Source: Methylorubrum extorquens (GTDB taxonomy: Bacteria > Pseudomonadota > Alphaproteobacteria > Rhizobiales > Beijerinckiaceae). From it: a DNA stretch of 32,000 nt. Numbering within the stretch: the first letter of the stretch is position 1; each line of letters opens with the position of its first letter. The DNA is taken from assembly GCA_900234795.1 (NCBI GenBank), contig LT962688.1:960001-992000 (forward strand), read 5' to 3'. The translations under genes were made by a program, and so were the position numbers. The notes under the pieces were generated by a model. It did not search any database. It was not told the DNA's origin and saw only the letters and a list, made by a program, of their open reading frames with translations. This document shows positions 1-8,115 of the stretch, one piece after another.

Positions 1-285
1 TCGTTGGCAGCATCCTCTACGACTTGTCGCGTCAGCCACTCACTAAGCGTGGCGATGGGAACTCCTCGAAGATGAGCATCAGCCTCGCTGGTTCCCGAGC
101 GAGCAGCAGGTCAATCGCCTCCGCCGCTCATTGATTGTTAACCATACCGTCCCCATTTCAGAGACATGCCGATCGCGATCCTGTCGCTTGATCGGACGCG
201 GCCACGATGCCGGGATGAGGGTGACGCCGGATGTACGCGCACCTTCGTTCCGGCTCTCGTGGCCGTTCTCTTTTCTGCGACCACC

Positions 286-534
286 TTAGAAGGCGGCGGC
301 CTGCTTCACCCGATCGCTGGTAGCCGGAACCTTCCATTGGACTGCACCGGGAAGGGCATAGCCGCCCTGGCGGTGCACCAAGCCGACGTTGGTGGCGAGA
401 CCCCGAGTCTCCAGGGTGAGGGCACCGACCGTCTTGGTGTTGTCGATGCCGGCCGGCTCGCCCGCGATGGCGGCGTTGGCGGTCAGGGTCAGCGCCAGAG
501 CGGCAGCAGCGCGCGAGATGATCTGCTTGGACAT
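286..534 (-). CDS. small secreted hypothetical protein (82 aa)
   Basis: An internal ATG (cat at 532-534) of ORF 286..675 gives MSKQIISRAAAALALTLTANAAIAG.... This has a basic n-region, an Ala/Leu h-region and an AxA-type cleavage site. The upstream part of the ORF looks non-coding. Confidence 0.45.
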   Translation of the reverse strand: MSKQIISRAAAALALTLTANAAIAGEPAGIDNTKTVGALTLETRGLATNVGLVHRQGGYALPGAVQWKVPATSDRVKQAAAF

Positions 535-844
535 TGTGTTCAGCCTCTTCTTCGTTGGTGCGACGGGTGCCCGTCGCTTCGTGAAGAGGAATGTGCTGTT
601 GGCAGCGCCATGAAGCAAATGGGTTGATTTCATAATACGGATCGATCTCGTGCATATTAGTCGGCGCGACATCAACCTGATCGTGGTGCAAGACGTGACG
701 TAGCCGACAGGACCGTTCAGACGTTGATAGAGGCTATCCCCGATCGCAGCGGTTGAGCCTTAGGGTTCCCAACCGCGAGAGCGCCGGCCGCCATGTTCAC
801 CCCGTTCATGCGTGGCCGGCGAGTCCCTGCATGTGAGCAGCATC

Positions 845-1378
845 ATGAGAGACGAGAATACGGCCGCGCACTTGAACGTCGAGGCGAAGGTCGAAGCGTT
901 GAGCGGCGCCCTTTTAGGCGACGACGAGCTTGGTGCTGTGGTTAGGGGGCACATCTACATCGAGAACGAACTCATAGCGTTCATCAAGGCCCGACTTCCG
1001 AAGCCGGAGGCAATCAAAGATCGCGACATCGATTACAACATGCGCGTGAAGCTGGCGGTTGCTCTCGGTCTCGATCCAAGCTTCGAGCCCGCCCTGAATT
1101 TTGTCGGTTCACTTCGCAATCAGTTCGCTCACAGCCTGGAGGCGAGGATCGGTAAGCAGGAGGCGGTGAATTTCGAGAAGGCTCTGGGGGCACACAGAGC
1201 GATCACGTCGGCTGCGTATCGGCAGGTCCACATCCATCTCGGAACCGAAGCCGCAGCGATCCCGACCAAGCAGCAAGAGCCGAAGGATCGGATCATCTTG
1301 TGCTTCGTGACGCTCTGGGCCGGCATCTTGATAGAGGCTCACGCGGCAGCGCTGGCGCGATCCGAAGATCAACCGTAG
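845..1378 (+). CDS. MtlR-like HEPN-domain protein with an intact R-x4-H motif
   Basis: The ORF track starts at GTG 812; the first ATG is at 845. The segment ...MRVKLAVALGLDPSFEPALNFVGSLRNQFAHSL matches the MtlR/DUF4145-type HEPN signature (..alGli....l..iRNxFAH). RNQFAH is encoded at 1115-1132. Confidence 0.6.
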   Translation: MRDENTAAHLNVEAKVEALSGALLGDDELGAVVRGHIYIENELIAFIKARLPKPEAIKDRDIDYNMRVKLAVALGLDPSFEPALNFVGSLRNQFAHSLEARIGKQEAVNFEKALGAHRAITSAAYRQVHIHLGTEAAAIPTKQQEPKDRIILCFVTLWAGILIEAHAAALARSEDQP

Positions 1379-1797
1379 GGGCCGCGAAACAGGTCGCCGA
1401 GAGCCTTCCGCCGGAACAGAGTCCGCCAGCGCCGCCGCTGGTGCTCGGGCTGATCGTGCAGGATGTGACATCGCTGGCAGAAGGCCGCGAGGTTCGCCGA
1501 GCTGTTGTCGGCCGTATCATGGTTCCGGTGCGCGGTGGCGAGCACCACCCGCGTCGTGCGCGCGCTCCCGAGCACATCGTCGGAGCCGACCGCGAGGCAG
1601 ACGATTGCGCCGGCTCCGTCGCGCCAGGAGGCAGCCTCCTCGTCCCACCATCGCCCATCGCCCAGGTGGAACACGGTCTGACCGTGCGGGCGCCCGCAGC
1701 CCTCGCACCGGCCCTTCGCACGGCCGAAGCGGATCACCGCCGAGAGCTGCGGCCAGTCGATCGGATAGAAGAAGCGGTGCTCGCGCCGGATCGGCAT
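1369..1797 (-). CDS. HNH endonuclease (phage/island-type)
   Basis: The 142-aa ORF carries CEGCGRPHG ... ATAHRNHDTADNSSANLAAFCQRCHILHD. This is a Cys-pair zinc knuckle plus an H-N-H core. Its 3' end overlaps the convergent HEPN gene by 10 nt. Confidence 0.75.
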   Translation of the reverse strand: MPIRREHRFFYPIDWPQLSAVIRFGRAKGRCEGCGRPHGQTVFHLGDGRWWDEEAASWRDGAGAIVCLAVGSDDVLGSARTTRVVLATAHRNHDTADNSSANLAAFCQRCHILHDQPEHQRRRWRTLFRRKALGDLFRGPYG

Positions 1798-1987
1798 GGC
1801 AGGGCATCGAGGCCAATGGCTACGCTTCTGCGTAGGCGATGGCCGGCCGGTTGGCTATCTCGGAGCAGTCAGCAGCAGCGCCGCCTGCTACCAAGAGTCT
1901 GTCGAGCGGATCAGCGATCGTGCGGATGACGATCTGCCGTCATTGTTCTCGCAGACGTGACGGGGCCCCCTGTTGGTCTCGCGTACG

Positions 1988-3682
1988 TCATTGCAATGGA
2001 TGTGGAGGAGGCGACGTGACGGCGAGAACGGCCATCCCTCCCTCGGTATCGACGATAATCGCGATCGGGGCAGGGTCCGACACGCAAGCCTCAGCTGGAA
2101 TTTGCATTCGATAGCCGATCCGATGTCCCGCATTCTCCTGGCCGAGAAGGGGAATGAGGTCCTTGCGCGCACGACGTGGCCGATCAAGATGGATCAGTCG
2201 ACCGGAGCAGTAAAGAGCCAGAAGAAAGGTCCGTTTCGGTTGCGCCGGATCATAGGCAAAGGCGGTCACTAGGGCCTCAGTCCACGATAGACGCTCGATG
2301 CTTTCCAACGCACCTTGCACCGAGACAGGTAGGGCAACGCCATGGTTGAAGATCGCGTTGGCAGCCGTCTCTCGACTGGTCCAAGTGTCTGGAGGTAGAG
2401 CCGCCAGCGCCATCCGAACCCGGCTTTCGCGCCAATCGTTGCGGGCGGTTTCCACGCTGCCCCACGCGGCACAACCTGCAAACAACAGAAGATAGATGGC
2501 AAGCCACCGTTTGAGGGTCCTGGGCGGGGCCGCATCGATGTGACGGCGCAAAGCGCGGTAGAGCGCCATGTCGAGCGGGCCGAGCAGCGCTGCGAGCCCC
2601 AACGAAGCTGCAACAGCGGTGAGCCAGTAGGTGAGCCCAGACCACTGAGCTGGCAGCGCCCAGGCTGTTAGAACCAGAATTGGAGCGTGGACGAGGTAGA
2701 GGACGTAACTGGCATTGCCGAGGGCGAGCGCTGACCGGGACAAGGCGCCCTCATCCTGGATCTGGCGCCCTACGGCGGCAGCGCCGACGAGAAGCACCGC
2801 TGCAACCCCACCAAGCCACCGTGCCACGTCCTTCTCAACGAAGAAGCAAGCCGCGCACAACGGCAGGAAGAGGAGCCCGGCAGCTGGAGGAAAGCGCCCA
2901 GCGGCAATTAGCCGAGGTAGGAGCAGGCCACCTGCGAAGGGGACGCAGCCTGCCATGATCGGCAGCAGGTAAATGGGTGGCTGGATCGTGTCGCGGGAAC
3001 CTTCGGGGAGCAGCAGAAATGCCGCCGCGAGCAGCCCGAGCCATAGGGTAGCTACTGCGGTGATCCGGTGAGAGAGGCCGGTGCAGGCGACGAGGAAGAG
3101 GCCAACATAGAAGCTTGTTTCGTAGACGAGCGTCCACTCGACGTTGAGCGCGTAGCTGCGCGGGCCTGAGGGAGCGAGCGACAGCGACAGTGGGGTGAGA
3201 CCGCCGAAGCTCAGGCCGAGACCGGCGAAGAGCACCGCGAACAGCGCCACGACTGCAAGATAGGTTGGAAAGATCCGGGAGATCCGGTGAGACAGGAACA
3301 CGAGGGGCGGGTCGCGCACGACGAGACCCGACATCAGGAAGCCGGAGATCGCGAAGAAGATTGAGACGCCCCACGGGCCCAACAAAGCGTCGAGAGGCGG
3401 TAGAAGGCGGTCCGCGCCGCGTAGGAAATGGGCGTAGATTGCAGCATGATGGACGAGCACCATCGCCGCTGCGAGCCCACGTAGTGCCTGGATGTTCGAC
3501 AGACTGGAAGCTGCGCGGGTGCCGATCGGAGCAGGCGTAGGGCCGACCTTGATCCTCGCCTCCGGGACCGCGCCCGAATGCACATTTGTTGCGGCGCTCG
3601 TGGCGCTCGTTCGCCGGCTCGTGTTGGCTATCGGTGCGGCTGACGTGAACTTGATGAGCACCTTAGCAACGCGTTGGAGCAT
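1988..3682 (-). CDS. acyltransferase family 3 (OafA/YrhL-like) membrane protein with an extra C-terminal domain
   Basis: The 564-aa ORF has the LRGLAAAMVLVHHA motif and about 10 hydrophobic segments typical of acyltransferase-3. A C-terminal soluble domain of about 170 aa follows, with no SGNH motif seen. The N-terminal ~60 aa are low complexity, so the true start may lie downstream. Confidence 0.8.
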   Translation of the reverse strand: MLQRVAKVLIKFTSAAPIANTSRRTSATSAATNVHSGAVPEARIKVGPTPAPIGTRAASSLSNIQALRGLAAAMVLVHHAAIYAHFLRGADRLLPPLDALLGPWGVSIFFAISGFLMSGLVVRDPPLVFLSHRISRIFPTYLAVVALFAVLFAGLGLSFGGLTPLSLSLAPSGPRSYALNVEWTLVYETSFYVGLFLVACTGLSHRITAVATLWLGLLAAAFLLLPEGSRDTIQPPIYLLPIMAGCVPFAGGLLLPRLIAAGRFPPAAGLLFLPLCAACFFVEKDVARWLGGVAAVLLVGAAAVGRQIQDEGALSRSALALGNASYVLYLVHAPILVLTAWALPAQWSGLTYWLTAVAASLGLAALLGPLDMALYRALRRHIDAAPPRTLKRWLAIYLLLFAGCAAWGSVETARNDWRESRVRMALAALPPDTWTSRETAANAIFNHGVALPVSVQGALESIERLSWTEALVTAFAYDPAQPKRTFLLALYCSGRLIHLDRPRRARKDLIPLLGQENAGHRIGYRMQIPAEACVSDPAPIAIIVDTEGGMAVLAVTSPPPHPLQ

Positions 3683-3829
3683 GACTTGAGTTTCCGACCC
3701 AACAGGCGCGACCTATTGCCTGTAGGCATCGGTCACACTCCGTAGCGGAAACTTGGGCAGGCCTACGAAACAGCGTCGTTCGTCAGCCGAAGCGGCAATT
3801 CGGCAACACCTTGGGCGTGTCCCTAGACG

Positions 3830-4012
3830 ATGCTCGTGGACATCGATCACATAGTGGCGGCCAGATGGGTCAGGGCAGAGCCTCGGCGATCCGGCCGGCG
3901 GGGTGCGCCAGCCGAAACCGCCAAGGACGAGGAGGCCGGCGCAGCCCTGGCAGGGGCTCTGCGGGCCTGCGAAGAAGTGCGGCAACGGTTTTCGAAGAAG
4001 AAGCCGAGGTGA
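3830..4012 (+). CDS. hypothetical small protein (60 aa)
   Basis: ATG-started ORF. Its stop overlaps the next candidate start (GTGA at 4009-4012). Third-position GC bias is only moderate. Confidence 0.3.
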   Translation: MLVDIDHIVAARWVRAEPRRSGRRGAPAETAKDEEAGAALAGALRACEEVRQRFSKKKPR

Positions 4013-4179
4013 CGAGGCGGGGCGCCGGCCCGCGCGGCGAACGCCTCGCCGACGAGTTGCACCGCGCCGAACGCGACGTGTCCCGCCTGCCGATCGCCTT
4101 GGAAGCACTCGGCGCCCTCACGGCGCTCGACCGCCGACAGGTGCTTGCCAGCTTTGCCCGCCTACATCGTTCAGCCTGA
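4009..4179 (+). CDS. hypothetical small protein (56 aa)
   Basis: GTG at 4009 lies in the frame of ORF 3811..4179. The C-terminal part (ERLADELHRAERDVSRLPIALEALGALTALDRRQVLASFARL) looks helical and protein-like, with good GC3. The N-terminal part of the tracked ORF is Arg/Gly junk. Confidence 0.35.
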   Translation: MTRRGAGPRGERLADELHRAERDVSRLPIALEALGALTALDRRQVLASFARLHRSA

Positions 4180-4188
4180 GAGGCATCC

Positions 4189-4524
4189 ATGAAGCGCCCC
4201 CACACCACCGGCCACCTCGGCGTTCCGCCAACGCTGGGCGATCCCATAGAGCCGGCCGAGCCGGTTCAGCCTGCCGTGACCGAGGCAGGCGTGGGCGGCC
4301 TCATAACCATCGTTGCTGCGGCCGAGACGCAGCCAGCGGGACCGGCCACGAAGGCTTACCGGGCCGCGATCCGTCGAAAGGGTGAGGAGATTGCCGCTTC
4401 CGACGGCAGCGAAGCCCTTGAGGCCGTGCTTCGCCAAGTCTGCGACGCCGCGCCTGATCGCGCAGAGCGTCGCGAACGCCTCCTCACAGAGGCGTGGGCT
4501 GGCCTCCCTGGATGGCGCTCATGA
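4189..4524 (+). CDS. hypothetical protein (111 aa)
   Basis: ATG preceded by GAGAGG. Same strand and tight spacing with neighbouring small genes. Confidence 0.5.
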   Translation: MKRPHTTGHLGVPPTLGDPIEPAEPVQPAVTEAGVGGLITIVAAAETQPAGPATKAYRAAIRRKGEEIAASDGSEALEAVLRQVCDAAPDRAERRERLLTEAWAGLPGWRS

Positions 4525-4572
4525 TCGCTCAAGCCCGCAACGCCATCGCCGCGCCAGCATGAAGGAGACGAG

Positions 4573-4824
4573 ATGATCCCGACCGAGATCGACAGCCAGT
4601 GGTTCCACAACAACCCGGATCGAGAGTTCCGCCTGCGCCGTCAGCCACCCACCGAGTTCCAGGCGTGGCCGGTGCCGCCCGAGCCCGGTATGGTGGCGTG
4701 GTGCATCATTCGAAAGTCGGACGGGGCCGTAGAGCAATTCGCCCTGCCTGCCGGCGACGAGTGGGACGACTACGACGAGGAACTGGCTCCCTTTTTCGAG
4801 CAGCTTCAGGGGCACTCGAAGTGA
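4573..4824 (+). CDS. hypothetical protein (83 aa)
   Basis: ATG preceded by a strong AAGGAG Shine-Dalgarno sequence about 6 nt upstream. Balanced composition (MIPTEIDSQWFHNNPDREFRLRRQPP...). Confidence 0.65.
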   Translation: MIPTEIDSQWFHNNPDREFRLRRQPPTEFQAWPVPPEPGMVAWCIIRKSDGAVEQFALPAGDEWDDYDEELAPFFEQLQGHSK

Positions 4825-4967
4825 GCCCCCGCGAACTCGCCGCCTACCGCGTCGGCCTGCGCCAAGCCGCAGACATGGCCCTCATCGCCGCGATGGAACT
4901 CGAACTCCGGCCCGACGCCGGCAAGCTCCGCCAGCAGGCCGCCATCGAGGCGATGCGCGGTCTGTGA
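4821..4967 (+). CDS. hypothetical small protein (48 aa)
   Basis: GTG at 4821 overlaps the stop of the previous gene (GTGA). It is in frame with the C-terminal part of ORF 4599..4967 (VSPRELAAYRVGLRQAADMALIAAMELEL...). Confidence 0.3.
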   Translation: MSPRELAAYRVGLRQAADMALIAAMELELRPDAGKLRQQAAIEAMRGL

Positions 4968-5121
4968 GAGCCGAGCAGCTCATCATCGGCGTCACGCCAC
5001 TTCCAATGGATCCTGCTCGCCAGAGAAAATCGTTAGCCATACCCTTTTTGGGAGCTGGCCCGTCGTCGTAGCCTACTTGAAGACATGATTCCAATTTTGC
5101 CATCAGCCGAAGGAGTATACT

Positions 5122-5577
5122 TTGAGCAATGAAGCTGCCAGGACTGTTGGCGCCATCGACCGCATCGACCTCGCTGCCATGATCGTCATGGCTTTTGTTG
5201 CCAAAAATACGTTGCCGGCGAATGATTTACCTCGATTTCTAGCCGAGGTGCACAGCGCGCTGATCGCCTGTGATGGCACTGCGGACACGGACGGGCCGAA
5301 GGCTGAAGTCGAGAAGCCAAGTCCCACCCAGATCAGAAAATCCATCACACCGGACGGCCTGATCTCGTTCATCGATGGTAAGTCATACACGATGCTGAAG
5401 CGGCATCTGAGCAGGCACAACCTCGACCCACAGGGCTACCGCGAGCGCTACGGACTGCATGCCGATTATCCTATGACAGCGTCGAACTACTCAGCGAAGC
5501 GGTCGGCACTCGCGCAAGCAATCGGGCTTGGGCAGCGCATCAGCCGCGCCGGACCAGCATCGCAGACGATCGAGTAA
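5122..5577 (+). CDS. Ros/MucR-family transcriptional regulator, variant lacking the Cys zinc ligands
   Basis: TTG start with GGAG about 8 nt upstream. The N-terminus (LAAMIVMAFVAKNTLPANDLPRFLAEVHSAL) and the C-terminus (KRHLSRHNLDPQGYRERYGLHADYPMTASNYSAKRSALAQAIGLGQ) are family signatures. The CxxC position reads S-F-I-D. Confidence 0.85.
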   Translation: MSNEAARTVGAIDRIDLAAMIVMAFVAKNTLPANDLPRFLAEVHSALIACDGTADTDGPKAEVEKPSPTQIRKSITPDGLISFIDGKSYTMLKRHLSRHNLDPQGYRERYGLHADYPMTASNYSAKRSALAQAIGLGQRISRAGPASQTIE

Positions 5578-5710
5578 GGGCTCGGCAGTTGCGGCGGTAG
5601 TGACAGGAACAGCAGCGACTTGTCCGAGGCGGTTGGTAGCGCCACGTCGAGGGCACGCAGCAGCAGCGAAATCCCTTGACGCTGGGCCTGCAACGACCGA
5701 GCACATCTCC

Positions 5711-6418
5711 GTGGGACATATCGCGCAGACAGAAGCCGCAGGCTTGGTTGGAATCGGGCTCTACACGCCCGCTGAGGCCGGCCGCCTTCTCCTCATCAGC
5801 CCAGCGAAAATCTCGCGATGGCTCCGTGGACACGAGGCCAACGGCAAGCAGTACGAGCCGCTGTGGCGCCCGCAGGTGGACCTGGGCGATGAGGGCATCT
5901 TCCTCGGGTTCCGTGACCTCCAGGAAGTTCGCGTGGCCTCGACCTTCATCGAAAAGGGGCTAAGTGCGCAGCGGGTACGGCAGGCGATCGAACTGGCGCG
6001 CGATCTTGTCGGAGAGGCGCGACCTCTCTCGACCGCGAAATTCAGGTCGGATGGTCGAACGGTCTTCCTTCAGGTCGTCGAGGAGGATGGCCAGACGAAG
6101 CTCATCGATCTGTTCAGGAAGCAGTTCGCGTTCCGGGACGTCATCGAGCGGAGCCTGACCAACCTCGACTATGATGAGGCCGGCGTCCCGGCCGTGTGGT
6201 GGCCGCTCGGGCGCACGAAGTCGGTGAAGATCGATCCGACCCGTTCCTTCGGACAACCGATCGAGGCAGAGACCTCTGTGCCGGTTGATGCTCTGGTGTC
6301 CGCGGTAGAGGCGGAGGGCTCGCCTGAAGCTGCAGCTCGTACCTGGGACGTGCCGATCCGCGCCGTAAAGCGCGCGCTCGCGTTTCGACGCGAGATGGAC
6401 ATGCGGTCGGTAGCTTGA
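5711..6418 (+). CDS. VapB45-like antitoxin candidate (N-terminal HTH-like domain plus C-terminal DUF433)
   Basis: The C-terminus (IDPTRSFGQPIEAETSVPVDALVSAVEAEGSPEAAARTWDVPIRAVKRALAFRREM) resembles DUF433. The size (~235 aa) and the pairing with a downstream PIN-like gene match the Rv2018/Rv2019 architecture. The start is uncertain (GTG 5711 chosen; the ORF is open from 5528). The stop overlaps the next start (TTGA). Confidence 0.55.
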   Translation: MGHIAQTEAAGLVGIGLYTPAEAGRLLLISPAKISRWLRGHEANGKQYEPLWRPQVDLGDEGIFLGFRDLQEVRVASTFIEKGLSAQRVRQAIELARDLVGEARPLSTAKFRSDGRTVFLQVVEEDGQTKLIDLFRKQFAFRDVIERSLTNLDYDEAGVPAVWWPLGRTKSVKIDPTRSFGQPIEAETSVPVDALVSAVEAEGSPEAAARTWDVPIRAVKRALAFRREMDMRSVA

Positions 6419-6825
6419 GGGTTTTTTTTGACAACTGCACCAGCCCTGTGCTGGCCGAAACCCTCGATGGTTATCTCCGGCATCGCAAGGACAGCGCCTC
6501 GCACATTCGCGATCTTCCCTGCGGCAGGGACGCGAGCGACCTGCAGTGGATGGCGTACCTCGCCAGTACGGGGGACGACTGGCTCGTGATCACGGGCGAT
6601 GGGCGAATCAGGAAGAATGGCGCGGAGCGTGCGGCCTTTCGGCAGGTTCGGCTGAAGGGCATCGTCCTCGCGTCGGCCTACCAGAAGACGCCGATCCAGC
6701 AGCAAGCCTCGTTTCTGATCTGGCGCTGGCCCGACGTTGACACTCTCCTACGCCTGGCGGAGCCCCCCTTCTTATTCGAACTTCCGATGAACCGCGAGGC
6801 TAAGATCAGGCCGCTGCCGATCTGA
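6415..6825 (+). CDS. VapC45-like PIN-like (DUF5615/PIN_10-type) toxin candidate
   Basis: 136 aa. It begins (M)RVFFDNCTSPVLAETL, and WLVITGDGRIRKNGAERAAF is typical of the Mut7-C/PIN-like partners of DUF433 proteins. It is translationally coupled to the upstream gene. Confidence 0.55.
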   Translation: MRVFFDNCTSPVLAETLDGYLRHRKDSASHIRDLPCGRDASDLQWMAYLASTGDDWLVITGDGRIRKNGAERAAFRQVRLKGIVLASAYQKTPIQQQASFLIWRWPDVDTLLRLAEPPFLFELPMNREAKIRPLPI

Positions 6826-6923
6826 ACTCTGACCTCGCTGCCCCTTCATCAGGGTTATGAACCAATTGGCCCGAAATAGGCCACTTCATCTGTACGACCA
6901 AGGATAAGCTCTACTGCTGGGCA

Positions 6924-7409
6924 TCACCAGCGCAGCTTGAAGTACATCGCGTCCTCCCATCGTTTGAACGACAAGCGGTGCGATGCGTGAAGCCTTTTCG
7001 CGTCAAAGACCGAATGGGAATAGAGCGTCTTCACACTCGCTTGGAGCTCACGGTAGCGTTCGAGCAGTTCCCCCTCGATCGGAGTCGGAACCGTCACGAT
7101 CTTCGCAGCCATCCGGTGCTGTGCACACCATTTCAGAGCTTCCTCAAGATCCGGAACGTTCCGGCGCAGACTCATTCTTCGGGCTTGGGTGGTCGGATCA
7201 GCGTAGTCAAAGCGGCTCAGGGCCAACTGAAGCGTCAAATCATCAATCCACCGGGGTTGCATTTCGACGATGAGGAACGCTCCGGTGGGCACCTCGATGT
7301 CGCCATACCAAGAAGTACGTCGAGTGCGAGTGAAAGAAGATATTTTTAAATCAATATTCAATATATTGGAAATGTAGCGAAATTTATGTTCGGGCGAGGC
7401 CGGCTTCAT
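6924..7409 (-). CDS. hypothetical protein (161 aa)
   Basis: ATG-started ORF, last gene of a minus-strand series. The 5' ~90 nt is noticeably AT-rich. No family recognised. Confidence 0.55.
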   Translation of the reverse strand: MKPASPEHKFRYISNILNIDLKISSFTRTRRTSWYGDIEVPTGAFLIVEMQPRWIDDLTLQLALSRFDYADPTTQARRMSLRRNVPDLEEALKWCAQHRMAAKIVTVPTPIEGELLERYRELQASVKTLYSHSVFDAKRLHASHRLSFKRWEDAMYFKLRW

Positions 7410-7619
7410 CGGTCTCTAGGAGCAAGGGTGAAGCTGCGCTGGCTCAGCATGAAGATGCCGAGGATCACCCAGACGGCCAGAAACGCCTCGACTGGTGCTC
7501 TGCGATTTGCAGAGAAGCTGTCGCACCAATTGGCGGGATGAAAGGCTGAGAGAGGGGCGTGCCAATGAGCTTGCCCTCCTGGCAACCACGATTGCAGGCG
7601 CTACCGCAGGCAGCGTGCT

Positions 7620-8108
7620 TCAGTGCAGCCGGTCCGCAATCGTGCTGATGACGCGGGAGGTGTTCGTCGTCATATCGAGAGGCTGCCCCCTGGCCTCGCA
7701 CTTGGCGATATGGTCGGCCATGACCCACCATTCGTCCTCATCGTCATCCGGGCAGGCCGAGCCGCGAGCCAGGATCACGCCGCGCGCGAGGTTCGCGTGC
7801 TCAATCCGATCCAAGATTTCCAGGCTGCTGAACCACAGCCCCGCATCCGGCCGGACAGCACGAATGAATTCGAGCTTGTCGAGCGCTTCCGTGAGGAAGG
7901 ACGCGATCAGCATCATGCGACTGTCGGGGCGGTCAGCCATGCCGGCGTGGATCGCGAAGTAGCCATCCTCCTCGGCATCCTCGACGGAGGCGAGCAGCAC
8001 GTGGTCTCCGAAGTCCTGGCACGCCTCCAAGGTGAAATACGTTGCCGCCTCCAGCTCGGAGCGAACATCGGCAGGCAGCAGGGCTTTCTGTTGAGCGAAA
8101 TCGGCCAT
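7620..8108 (-). CDS. acidic hypothetical protein (162 aa), distant paralogue of 9691..10224
   Basis: An internal ATG (cat at 8106-8108) gives MADFAQQKALLP.... The part of tracked ORF 7620..8246 upstream of that ATG runs into the IS end. It shares AA(T/S)YF(T/V)LE and (I/L)R..RPDA blocks with the 177-aa protein. Confidence 0.6.
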   Translation of the reverse strand: MADFAQQKALLPADVRSELEAATYFTLEACQDFGDHVLLASVEDAEEDGYFAIHAGMADRPDSRMMLIASFLTEALDKLEFIRAVRPDAGLWFSSLEILDRIEHANLARGVILARGSACPDDDEDEWWVMADHIAKCEARGQPLDMTTNTSRVISTIADRLH

Positions 8109-8115
8109 AGGATTA

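Noticed and set aside
158-691. Overlapping ORFs 158..691 (-), 166..627 (+) and 389..613 (+) around the small secreted-protein gene.
   Set aside because: Arg/Gly/His-rich products with no motifs. Only the signal-peptide-bearing frame starting at 534 looks like a real protein.
3713-4385. Multiple overlapping Arg/Pro-rich ORFs on both strands (3713..4108 -, 3870..4247 -, 3903..4385 +).
   Set aside because: Low-complexity, mutually exclusive frames. The plus-strand frames that form the coupled small-gene train are more plausible, though still weak.
7406-7585. Possible 59-aa minus-strand ORF. It starts at TTG, contains a hydrophobic VEAFLAVWVILGIFML segment, and has a stop overlapping the ATG of gene 6924..7409 (ATGA).
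   Set aside because: The only start is a TTG without a Shine-Dalgarno, and the first half has poor third-position GC bias. Only the last ~30 codons look coding. It may be a remnant, but there is not enough support to call a gene.
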